A stretch of 50,674 nt of DNA, counting the filler, from Catajapyx aquilonaris (Eukaryota): the NCBI GenBank assembly GCA_000934665.2. It is 2 parts of 2 records of this genome, joined end to end, with 100 filler letters (N's around TTAATTAATTAA, not from the genome) between each part and the next. Parts side by side here need not be neighbours in the genome. Positions count along the whole stretch, not along the records: positions 25,388 to 50,674 come from KZ539345.1; 1 more part is not named here. One strand, given 5' to 3'. The notes under the pieces were generated by a model. That model did not search any database. It was not told where the DNA came from and saw nothing but the letters and a program-made list of their open reading frames with translations. The translations under genes were made by a program, and so were the position numbers. Shown here one piece after another: positions 34,601-47,596 of the stretch (position 1 is the stretch's first letter; every line of letters begins with the position of its first letter).

Positions 34601-37600
34601 TGGAGAGGACTTGAGAGCATAATTATAGTAAAAAGAGTCAACAAAAAGTAGTACTGAATTACAAGCAGCATGATTTGGATCAGCTGAAATATCTGCCAAT
34701 CGAAATGGCCTTATAGCTACGAGGATTATCGAAATATTGAATGATCTAGTGATATGTAATTATTGATGACGTGACAAGAAAGTTTTCACATCCGTCAATA
34801 GTACCTGGAAAATCCGCGCTCTTTGACCTGGAAGGCGAGAGGAAGCGGAGGGCGGAAGATGACTGTGGGTCTGGATGGAGGCTGGTTGGTGGGACAGGGG
34901 GCTGGGGAGGAGGGGGCTGACCTTGCTGGAAAAGGCCGGAAGAGGTGGAGGAGATGGAAGTCAGCCTTTGCAAAACCCTGGACAAACGCCCGGCCGGACC
35001 AGACGCCGCCACCGACGCCGAGGAGGCCTCTCCTCCGACGCCGCCGACGCCTCCTCCACGATCTTCAACATCCACCACAGCATGCAAGCGGCAAAGCAGC
35101 CACACCAATGAGCAACACACGTAGGGAGGACGGGGGAGGTTGGTGGTTTCCAATAATGAAAAACAAAAAAGAGAAACGCACCACATATAGAAACCAAGGA
35201 ACGGAACAAACCAATACCAAACACTGGTCAGGTCATAGCCGGTCAGGTCAGTCCGCTCTGCCGTCAGAAGGACGGCTGTGTTGACCTCAACGGCTACATG
35301 CAATTAGCTACGGGAGGAAAGCTGCCACAGCAACACCTGGGTCACTGACCTTCACCATGTGACGGTCAGTGACCTTGAGCATATGGGGGTGACTGACCTT
35401 TGGCCTCCTCGATGTAGAAGACAACGTCGCCCTCGCTTTCCCTCCGACCCGTGCCTGGTTCCAGAACATTGTTGGGCACCTCCATCCTGCTTTTGGACTT
35501 TCGGCGCTTCAGGACGCTCGCCTTCTTCACCACCTGCGTACAAACCGCGCGTCAGCTCATAGGTGTGCTATTTGATTGTGTGGAGGCAACGGATGAATCC
35601 TCACCCTTCCCAGAGAGGTGATGGACGTCTGCTGAGAGGCGGGAGGGCATGGCTCCTTCAGGTGAATCTTCCACGTGGCCACGCTGTTGAAGGACTTGTC
35701 TGCCGCGTAGCAGCGCCACAGGCACTGGATCAACATGGCCGCCGCGGGGATCTGGCGGTTGAAGTGTTTCTGCCGCTGCTTCTGCTGCACCTTCAGAGCG
35801 AAGCCGGACCCCAAGATGCCCTGGGAAGATGACAAAATATGTCAGTGGAAAAGCACATGTTGATATCATCTTTATAAACAATTAAAATAGTCTTAGAAGA
35901 GAATTGGAACGGCACAAGTTCAATCCTTATAACAATCGGTTTCTTTCAAACATTTTGGCATTTTGGGATTCGATGCTCGTAGAGGGTACTGTACACTTAA
36001 ATTTATCCCTGAACTTTCAGTATTGGTGTATAATTAATTTCATAAAGAATTCCTTCGTGTAATTGCCGTCTGGTGTACTATTGAGCAGAAAGTTTCGGCT
36101 AATGGTATCCGGGAGCTGAATATTTAATGCGAGGGAACAGTGCATCTGGGGTGGCTTCAGAGCATTTCTCTGTGTTATTCTTCGATGATGTGTACTTTAT
36201 ACATGAAATTCTGCTCTTAGTATAGTTCAATAGTAATTATCCACTGGATTTCATTTTATCTGTCTGGGTGAAACTAAAGCTTTCCTTAGAACATCTCATT
36301 CGGAAATTATTCACGCAATTACGCGAAGGTCTTATCCATAAGCAAAGGGAAATCTTACATATCGTTGCTTATCTCAACAATCGATGGGCGCGACTCAACG
36401 GCGACCTTTAAGTAAAGATAGACGTGGGTAGTTTATGACCTCTTAGCATGGGTAACGACGTAGGATCACTTTTTTGTAAGGCATGAGACGCGCCTATTTG
36501 TAAACCGGTAATGAGTTGGGATTAATGCTCGAGTCATAAAAGATCCTCGGTGCTCTCCGTCATACCTCACCGGATATTTCATGCATAATGACCTAACTTC
36601 AGGCGTGTTAACTGCTTATGACCATTATGAATTGTCGCAGAGCACGACACGCGAATATGTGGCAAGTCCCGTTAAATACTGGATGAGGTTCACATCATGT
36701 TTGGCATTTGGAGACAACGATCTCTCCCACTCTGCTGCTGGACATTATGGCGTCGCAGCATCCTGACATTTTCCAAGCCCTGGATGCTGCGAAGCAAAGT
36801 CACCGTGAAATTGCCTTATCAACCCATGTCCGATCCGGACTGATAACTTCAAGTGACTGCGAACTTGGTCCAATCAACATTTTGCGCCTCTAAAAAGGAG
36901 CTGGATAGAGTGTAATGCATGTGATGAGCCGAAATGCACACAGATCTCTGATTCAACAATCTTTTTATAAACAGCTATCGTCGCTCTAACAGTAGTTTGA
37001 TAATCATGGCCTTATTGCCTTAACACTGGCCATATAGTACTTACTGCAGGAAGGGCGAAGAAGGAGATTGCGAAGACACTGAAACAGGAAGCAACGATTT
37101 TGCCCATCCAGGTGCGAGGGACGGTGTCGCCGTAGCCAATGGTGGTCACGGTGATCTGAAAAAAAATCGGTTATTAATGTTGGTGCACAATGGAGGATGT
37201 CCTCATAATGATTAAGACAAAGGAGGCGTTTATGGTTACTCACCACACCCCACCAGAGCGCGTCTGCGTAGCTGGTGAAGTCTGTGGCCCCGGGCGAGTC
37301 CTTCTCCGCCAGGTAGACAAAGTAGCTGGAGAAGATGAGTCCCAGGAAGCCGATGTACAGGGTGGTGATGAGCTCCTGCCGATGGATGAAGACAACTGAG
37401 CCCAGAAGACGCCACGTGCCACCCTGTCGGTCTACGTGAAGCATCCGAAGGATCTGGAGGAAACGGATGCCACGGATCGCAGACGTGGCGAACACTTGTC
37501 CGTTCGAACCCACGGACAGGACCACGATCGAAGCCACAACCACGATCAGGTCTGAAAGAAGACATTAAATGAGTCATAGAATTCATTAATTTTATTTAAA

Positions 37601-40600
37601 AAAATGTAAAAAGTCACTCCATTGCGGCACTGCGTCGCAATAAAAAGCTCCGTCACTCTTGATTTGCGTCGCAGTTCGAGTCAGTTGGCAACAAAGGGAA
37701 CTAGTCTCTGGTGAAAAGCGGGGAATCCCCGAGAGATCAGATTTGGCAGAGGCTTAGCCAACAGTCGGAACAAAGCGAAGTATAAAAAAAGAAGAGAAAA
37801 GAAAGGCTGAAACAAGACTATTCGCAGATCGAAACAAGAGCACAGCTCGCCCTTTTCGCTGTCACGACTCCGAGTTACCCTTTTCTCCCGATGGATCAAG
37901 CCTTTCATTATTCATGCTTGGCTCTCAGAAACACCTTCGAATTACAACTCCTGTTGGACCACACGCTTCTTTTATTTTCAGTACTTTCCGGGGCAGGACC
38001 AGCCATGTCTACCATTAGAAACTATTCAGTTTCAGCCATCTATTTCTGTCATAAGTCGTTACTTTAAATGTTAAAAAATATTGGCTACTAATATTACAGC
38101 AGTGTATTATATACAACGTAGCAAAGTAAAAAAGAAACAATTCAACTATGAAATGGCAACTTTAATCTAAACGTACACAACAATGCATGTAACGTGATAT
38201 GAAGTTTGGTAGCATTGACGATTTGATCCTTTTTGCACCGAACAAAGTGCGAATTAATCCGGAGGGAACAAAAAAAAACCCCGTTAGTTGATGCGAGTGC
38301 TTTCAGATTCACCACATAACAACAATGGTCATGCGTATGGAAGAAATCGATACCGGTTGGTCATACATATGTTGTTTCGTCCTTGTTTCTACACCAGGGC
38401 CATTCCGCATGACCGCGCCTCCGCTTTGGGATATAAGGTAATAAGACCTCCCAAGAATACAGCCAGGACTGCCAACATTCAAAGATTGCAATTACATTTA
38501 GATAAAGGCATGTATATACACACTGCAATTATTGAGGAGACAATATATTATAGCCCATAAGGAAGTTGAATAATCAAAATTTGATTTTCCCTCCGAGGGG
38601 GGCAAAAAATGGTCTGTTATAAAGGTGAGGTGAATATGAGCCTATTGTATCAGGAGTAAAAAATAACACAGGGTCTTGTGGAAGTATGCCGGGACCTGCC
38701 TTTCGAGTCTGTCATAACCGTGGCTGTTACATTCGGAGTCAACTGTATACAAGAAGCTATCCGTGGATGTCCCTGCGTGACCTGCAAAGATGGTCAGCAA
38801 TAAAAGGGGGTCACATATCTATGGCGGTAAATGATGCAACCCAGCAACATACCTACCAACCCAGTGACACACCCGTGAAGGATCGGACCCACCCTCTGCC
38901 CCACGAGTTCCCCCGATTGATGCATGTCAGCAGAGAGGGAACAGGAACGAAGCATGGAGGAGTTATAGGGGGACATGCAAACCGTGGTTGTCACGTAATG
39001 TCCATCCAGAAAGCATAGGCCATGAGGGGCGTCCCTCAAACAAAAGTGAAACCGAGTCGATCGGAGGGGGCCAGCGAGCTTGTTATCGATGCCGACCTTG
39101 GCCAGCCCAACCGATCATTGTTCTTCCTTTTCCGTGCAATTTGGCCAAGGTTTCACAATGACAACAATGGCCTGCTGGGCCGGATGAGGAGTTTGACAGC
39201 CAAAATTGAGGGGGGCCTGGATTGGGCCAATAGAGCCAGGGTAGGTTCAGACGAGACCATTTGACCTGTCATCATTCATGGCATTACGTAACCGTACCGA
39301 TGATGCAGATGGGCTTCCTGATGAATCTGAGTCTCCCCCAGACACCCATGTACTTGGACCTGCATCCCGCTGACCAGAGTCGAACCAGGTACTCCACCCC
39401 AAAGAAGACGACCAAGCATATCTCCATCCAGAAGAGGGTCTCGTTGGCAAAATTGGAGTACTGCTCGATCGTCGAAAGGACGCTGAATATCAGGCATATC
39501 AGCACCACCATGAACCTGGAAGAAAGAGGATACATTTTATATAACAGAAACTGCATCACAAAGTATTGGACCTATAGGGTGGGAAGAACCAAAAATACCG
39601 AGGTAAGACAAAGCATCTTGAAGACCACTTTAGATGATCCTAAAAGGAGTTGTAGTGAGTGCATATTGGCGACAAGCTCATGCAATTATAGCATATTAAA
39701 AAACAACATCCGGTGCTATTTGGCGACGTTGCAAAACCTTGACGAGGTGAACTGTTGGCGCAAACCTTATCAAACTTCGGAGGTTTCTTAACGCGGAGTC
39801 GATCCTGTCTGGAAGCGGTCTCCATAGGCACGTACCCAAAATCAACGGTTCCAAATAATCGCATTGAAATGACAGGTCATATTAAAGGCCTAGTTGGCAT
39901 GACTGACAAAAACAGAAAACGGGGCAACCCTGCGGGTTTCCCTGATGATAGGATTATGGATGCCAGGCCGAGCCTTGATCCGTTTCACTTAATCCTGCCA
40001 ACGATCATAACAGAGCCTGAAAACGCTCCGATAATCCGGGAGGGCCAGCGATTATCACCCATGCAATGCACAATTTGTAACTGGTATTATTCATTGAAAT
40101 GTCGGTCGGAACAATTTTATTTATGAGCGGCTTCAATTTTGACAGATTGTTTATTTTCTACTAGCGGACCCGTTGCCAAATTTTGGCACCACTGCCTGGC
40201 CCTCCCCTCCACTTGGACATAGTACGATAGTCCTCTACCAGTTGGCGCATAGGGTCTCTCTCTCTGCACACTCCTGGCACTCTTAGGAAGAAAGTAGTAC
40301 TACATGCACGTTGGTGATTAGTTACTGCCCGGACAAAGTCCACCAGGGCGCTCATTATGCCCTTTATTTGTTGAACTGGGGAAGTTTTCGTACTTTCCCC
40401 CCAATCATCGGCACGTAGTCCGTCAGCGTGCCAAGTTTCAGCACTCTCAGTAGTCCGGACGTGGGTTTGGTAGCCCGGACATACAGACAAACGTTCTGCT
40501 TTATTATGTAAGAAGGTTAATATTATGACTTATAGTCCCTATGGCCGGGAGTGTGAAAGACCCTCAATGATGTAATTGTTTAAAAGCACGCCTCTATTGT

Positions 40601-43600
40601 TGTCATTGTCGCGCTAACTGGCTGGTTAATGACAACAATGATGACGTTTAAGAAATTCCGGTATTCTGTCCCCTAAACCAATCCCGAGTCTCCTAGTGTC
40701 CCAGTGTAATTACATGGCGACCGCCCTCAATGAACTGATTAAAAGCTTCTCTCCTCTCAGGCTATAGTTTCTCGCGGGGGGGCTAATGAGAATATTCGCG
40801 GTTAGGTGTATCCGCCACCTTGTGACGTCACTGGTCATCAATAACCGGGCAATTTTCTAAGAGCTTGCCCCTCGTTTCCGCACGCGAAACATAGGGAGAA
40901 AAGAAGTGTGTCGGATTTCCGTAATCGCATGCACAAGATAAGCGATCTCGAGTGTTCCAGTGCACTCGATTCCTAATCATCGGTCGGGGGGCAAGCTCTT
41001 AGAAAATTGCCCGGTNGATTATTCATCAAGGAGTTTTGGCGCCAATGGCCTACCAAATGGCCGAGTTTTGGTTTGCAGTTCAAATATCTCCAGGGGCTGG
41101 GGGTGGAAACAGCGTCAAAGTGGGGACACCTCCAGGGGACGACATTGGCACAAACTCTCGGACATTGATCAATTTTCACAAGGTGATTCCAACATGTTGC
41201 GAATAATTGCACGGAGCCATTTGCATCAAATAAAAGTTTAAACATGTATGAATATAAGCAATGTCATATAAAAATCAATACTATAATAAATCAACTAAAT
41301 TAGCCTGAAATTAATTTAACTAAATTCATTTGGAACTCTCGTGCGGAGTTGGGTCATCTTTGGCTTCGCCTCGGGTGGGATTTCCGTTAGACTAACCACC
41401 TGGGGGAACTTATAAAAAATGACCATAGCAACGACATTGGACTCTTTTTGAACATAAAGTATCTAAGCTACTTTTTGTAATGCCTTCACTGCCCCTTTTT
41501 GATTATTTGTGCTAATTTTATATTAAATAAAAGCAAATTGATCGATATGAAGCTGGAAAAAATATATTGCGAATTCCCCTCATGAAGTACTAACATGAAT
41601 AATTACCATGCGAGTAACTGCAACGAAACACTATTTTCCAACAGCCATTGAAGGACTGCGCTGCTTTTCATCCTGTAAAATGATTTTTTTAAAGAGTTCC
41701 CTGGCATAGTTACAGCGTGTCCATTCCTGCCCTTTTATTTGCCTTCCGCCCAATTTGAGACCCGATCGCAAACAAGTTGGGAGCATTTCGCAATGCCCAG
41801 CAGGCGGGTTACGAAATTGCTAAACAGAAAGCCTTCAAATTATTCAGAACAAAAAAGCATGCAAACCATCGGGTATTTTGTGACAGTTGAAATCCAAATG
41901 AAGGGGGTCTTGCCTCTCTTCCTCTCCACTCCATATTTTTGGACATGGTTTGTTGGGAGGGTGGTGGGAGGTGGGTATCCTTTGGCACTTCTATAGTCCC
42001 CACTATAGGCTGTCTATTTATAGCCAGCTCGTGCCGTGTATCGACGCTAACTTTGGTTCTCTCTCGTCTCTCTCAAGGCCCCCATTGATTTTAGCTGGCG
42101 CGCTTTTACTTATATACCTGCGGCACACCTGCGCACGTGCCATTGTGTTGCTGCGGGGACGCCCCTTTTACTCATCCCCCCCTCTCACCCCCCTGCAGGT
42201 AAACACACGTGTAACAATCCCCTCCCGCCGCGGTCAATCGCACTCCGAGCACACAGCTGCTTTCGCCATGGTTGTCAGCTGAAGCTCCTCTGGTCAAAAG
42301 GTAGTCCAAATATGTTGGGAAAGGTTTCCAGACGATGTCGGAAAACGATTAAAATAATTGTATTTAACACCTACAAACAGCTTTGTCAAAAGTGCTAAAT
42401 TCATATTTACAATATATGAAACATTTTCATCTCGGATTCACTTCCCATTGAGAAAGGTCACCTGGGCTGTGAAAAGACTCACTGGTTTCTGAAGGATTCG
42501 TACCGATGATAATGACCTATAGGCTACCTCAAATAGTAACACTAAAGACAATTACTTTAAACGGAGTGTTTAACTAGGGCACGGTTTTTGAATGACGCTT
42601 TTAACAACATGACGTGAGTGGTAGAATTTCTCTTGCAGAGGAGACAAAGTTGCCAGGTCATATATTCCCTGACAATGGCTATAACCAATGCGGTGCATGA
42701 TTAACGAGGTCATTAAGATGTAATCGCGGCAATGTCAAAGGTCGTAGCGAGGCGCTTCTGCTCTATTTCCCCGGTTCTGCTAAACTGCGGTCCGTGTGCG
42801 CCTGTTGCGTGCACGCGTCCGGATTATTATTATTTTTTTGTTTTGTTTTGGCAACCCTGGTTCATACCCTACTTTTTTCTCCCCCCTCAGTCCTGGGCAA
42901 CATGCGTAGCCTGCATGGTTGTAATTGCGGTCAATTAGTGCATCAAAGGCTGTTTTCGGGCCGATAGACTCCGCAACGAAATTTGCTATGTACTAAAGCC
43001 GCCTAATTTGCTACTTTTCCTTCATTTACACGGATGCATAAAGGCGATCATTGGCATCCCCCTGTTGGCCACCTTATCCAAACAACTTAATGGCCATTTT
43101 GCTGCAGGTTTGATTCATATATGACCAACAAGGGTCAAGCTGTAGAATTGGCTCGAGTCTGTGCATTTGTTTGTCCAGGGCTAGTCATCAGCTAGGTGTA
43201 TGTATAGATGCATATTTTTTTAACGAGCCTAGTGCGCACCCACACTCGCGCAAATCCGACACCAACGTTGCCACAGTTACTTCTCATGGGCGAAATTCAC
43301 ACCGTCTAATGTTCGTTCCAGAGCCTTGGCAACGTCGCAAAATTCAGCCATAGTGTTACCCCATCAAGTGTAGTGTTGGAAACAATTTGCTCGAACTGTG
43401 TTGAGCACTCGGTTGCACTAAAAATCATCTGTAGCAGGCCATGAGAGTGGCAGTAGTGTGCGCCATCTATGTGAGGAATATGGTCCTCTATGTACCGAAA
43501 ATTTTCAAGATTGTTCACTTTCGTTGCAGTGTACGTAACCTGACTTCAAGCACGCACAGCCAGGTTGCCTACCCCTGGAATAAAATTTTAGGGTCCCTTA

Positions 43601-46600
43601 CGGTCGGTTAAAACTGTGCGTGACATTTACCACCATTATCTGGTCATAAATGCTGACGACCCCAAGCCGAAAAATCCAATCAAGCACGCTTCACTTTTTT
43701 TTTTGTGCACACTAATTTTTGGGCTATACCTGTTGGTATGGTGGTCTCCCCTCCATCATATACTATATAGGTATATTTCCATCATCGACCCGGCCAACAA
43801 TCCCGACCCCCGCGATTTACAACGTCTACAAACGCCGTCCGACTTGCCCCCCCACACCATTCCCAACCCCCCTGCCCCCCCACACCATATGTACAGAGAG
43901 GGGGGCTATTATCTCCATGCCAACAGGACACGAAAGTCCCAATCAGGCTTTCCCTGGAATTGCTAACGCTTCCTTCTCCATTTACTGGTATTTCGGGCAC
44001 TGAATACATTGCGGCAAGAATGTGTATATGTATGTATGATTCATTACGATTCAGACAATGTTTCTTAGGGTGAATCCATGGGCAAATCTGACGCTCAGTA
44101 TTCGGATGTCATCTGGTCCGTTCTACTTCTACTAGCAAAGAGTAAGCGCGGGTACACCTTACGACTCTTCCATCCCTTTGGAGCTATACCATTAAAATAA
44201 AAATTTACTAGGAAATACGATTATTAAGACTCTGACATATGGGCCAGGAAAGAGAAATGCGCCTCAAAAAGATTAAAAAGATGCCTTTCTTTGACTTTTC
44301 ATGACTTTTTGTAACATAATTCATCAATAACCTTTTTTTGTAATAAAATCTGTAAAAAATAAAAATGCCTCCGTAAAAAATATTTTTATGACTTATTCCC
44401 ATGTCAACGCCTCAATATTATATTTGACAAATGAAAAAAGTAAAAATGTCAATAAAATTGCAGTGGTAACGTCTATAAATCAAACGAAAATGCAAGGTCG
44501 CACGGTGGGTTGCATATGTTCCAGGATATTTTATGCCTTATCTTCATTATAACGAAGCCGTGACATCAAAGATTCCTCTACATGAATTATTGATACTCGC
44601 TGTCCAGACAATCATCCTAGAGTCATTATGGCACACCCTGTAATGACAGGATGTATACCAAAGTTCATACGTCCCGATATAATGAGACAGAAATAATGTG
44701 AGAAAGTAGGTTCGAATAAATCAGGGCAATGCCACTCTTGCGTATGTTCCTAATCGGTTGTTGGTGTGTCCGTTTCCAACCAGCATTTAAACCGATTTTT
44801 ATGTCCCACTTATTAAGACGGACACCCGGAAACCGGTGTGGGGGAATTAGGTTCGCGTGGTAGAAGGCTCATTAGAAAGAGATGGAAAAAAAATAAATAG
44901 ATGATGGCGTGCGGAAGGAGTAAAAAAAAAAAAGAAAGAAAGAACCGAGATTGATGACCTGATTTCGGCAAATGGATCCCTATGGGTGACTGGGTTTGTT
45001 TGGTCGAAGATGACCGGAAATGACCCCCTCCCATTCCAGGACGCTATTTAGCTCGACCGTTAAGTCGGACGACAAGTCTGCAAAAATACCTCACGCACAT
45101 TCGCATAAAGAAATATTCGCAACACTCAGCACACAGATAACGTGTCTGAAAACATATTATTAATGCAACAGGAGTAGGCATAGGTGCAATGGCAACATTG
45201 ACGATGAAGAAATAAATCCAACAATTGAAGAGTAATGTCAGTTCATTGATCTAGGGCAGATAATACATTGCCAACACTTGTAGTAATATACTGTACTACG
45301 AAACAGTCGCAAAATTATAGTAATCTACCTACATATTCCTAATCCTATATTATCCCGCTTATTACTGTACTAAAAATAATTGTGATTTTTTTCTTCAAAA
45401 CTTGATTGGAAATGCTTTACATTTTACTTCTTTATTATCTGAAGCTTCACACTGTATCGTATGTTCTAAAGTACCGGTATGCCATGGTATTATCGATTTT
45501 ATATTACATTTGTCGTACGCTATGAATTTTATACAATATATTGCATGTTAAATTATTTATAGGCTACTGTATTAATATGACATTGCATTCATTTCATGAT
45601 AAATCTTCAAAGTTATTTTTCCAAGAGTTACTTTTGTGAACTCTTACATCAATATATTTTTATTCTTACTGAAGTACCACATATATCTAATGCCCCTCAA
45701 AGTGATGGCGATTTTTAACTAAAACTTTTAGCAACATGACTGCTGACAAAATAATAAAAAAATCACGGCTAGTCTCACACGACGAATCCTATAGACATAA
45801 CAGTAAAAGCAGAATTGGTAATACCCACGTCGCAATCTAGATAATAGTCTCTTCTTAACTATTAATACTCCGCCCTTGCATTTACATATTTATTAAGAGC
45901 GCAATCAATGCGACCGAAGGGCACTGCCAAGCAGCATAACTTTCGTCTCATTCTATGCACATGTCATAGGCTATGCTAACGTGACGTCATCGATAGAAAT
46001 ATCGCAGACCAGTTTATAAAAAAAGCTATTTTGAACCGCACTAGTCGGACATGCGACAGTTATTTTTGAGCAAGGATCATAATGTTAATAGCCAATATTG
46101 ACGTCAAATTGAAGACGAAAAAGAGGGCTCCAAAAGCAAGGACCAGTTCAAATTAAAAGAATTTCCTATTACGTGTTAAGCAAGGGCAAATTCATATAAT
46201 TATTCGCAAATTTTTAATAAGTTTCAGAGCCAGTAGTACAAACACAAATTAAGGCTCATTATGTCTTATTTTGTGTCTGATATAATCGAAAAATTTCCCT
46301 TAATTTCAGGTCTTTTTTGAGTTCAGCATATTCCGAGTGACCTACTGAATATAATGTCAAATGTTAAGTGGCTGTATCGACAACAATGTATGAATTGCGG
46401 ATACAATATACAGTAGATGCCTACAGCGGAGAAGAATTCGATCAGTAGACCGGACGATGTAACTATTTATATTAAACGATGCTGCAAAAATTAGGAACTT
46501 AAATAGAACCCGCGGACATTCCCGCCATTTTTCAAACGATGTGCCATTTTTTAAAAGGCGAGTTAAAAAGTTTAATAGCCATTTTGCATGTACCGACCCC

Positions 46601-47596
46601 AGTATTTTTTTTAAAGAATCTAAGCTTTACAAACATCCTCCATTTCCTGTAACATGACAACTCATTACCGTTACGATCTTATCTCCCCGTTTGGAACCCT
46701 CTTCCTCCACCTCCCCATCCCAACAGCATTACACGCTACGATTTTATCTTTGGTTCAGTAATAAATACATAACCGCTACTGCATTTCGCAGTGACTCACA
46801 TTTGCTCGATTGATGTGATCGGCCCCGTCAAATAGTTTCGTGAACGCTATCGTGACGTCATCGGCCCAAAATTGATCACCTCGTTTAAAACGGTCCGAAC
46901 ATATTTGTAACGTGCACGGTAATTCACCTGTGATTACAGGTTGTTCGCGCTTCTCAAAATCGTTTTCTCGTTTTTTCAGACCGGTTGCGTAATCACTGTC
47001 ATTGAGTTATGAGCTACATGATTCGTTCAAGAGGTTTTAGCCACGAGAGTAAGTCATCAAGTGGGTTCGATGTAACATGTGTGTATTCACTGCTGGTAAA
47101 TCACTCACACTGCGAAGTGGTAGAGGAAGCAGACCCATCCTTCCGGGTGCTCCAGAACTATGTACACCAACTCCTGGAGCGTCTTTCCCTTCTTGAGAGG
47201 GAAGACGTACCTGGCCTTGTAGGCCTGGTCTATTGGAAGCGCTACGAGGTTACCCGAGGTCAGCTGACCACTCCCCTGACCCCCCTGACTTGTCCCGCCA
47301 CTACCACCAACATCTCCTGACCCCTGAGTAACGTCCACATGGGTTCCCTGGTCCTGCTCCGGCGTCCAGTCCACCTTCCCGTTCCTTTCCACCTTTTCCT
47401 CCTCCACCACTTCCTCTTCCACATATTCATCAGTGTCCTCCTCCTCCGCGTATGGTATCCTCTCTCTGCTCAGCACCTTCCTTCTCGGGGTACGCGGCAC
47501 GGACGGAGAGCTGGCAACCCTTCTGTCCTCCTCCGCTGGAGCCAATGGGGAGCGACGGACGCTCAGGACCACGTCATCAGGTCCAGCCGACGTCAT
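31635..47596 (-). CDS. KCNQ: Voltage-gated potassium channel, KQT family (KCNQ1-like)
   Basis: Exons 47596-47109, 39515-39298 (S1-S2, [11 protein letters not shown]), 37551-37244 (S4 [28 protein letters not shown]5), 37155-37045 (pore TTIGYGD, S6 FFALPA), 35820-35605 ([20 protein letters not shown], helix A), 35533-35398, optional 35062-34805, 32532-32343, 32100-31821 ([33 protein letters not shown]), 31760-31635. All join in phase. Confidence 0.95.
40844..41015. mobile_element. MITE-like element with a perfect 28-bp inverted repeat in the KCNQ intron
   Basis: accgggcaattttctaagagcttgcccc (40844-40871) is the exact reverse complement of 40988-41015. Confidence 0.75.

Noticed and set aside
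39600..47000. Many short ORFs in the large KCNQ intron
   Set aside because: No domain motifs or coding-like composition; consistent with chance ORFs.
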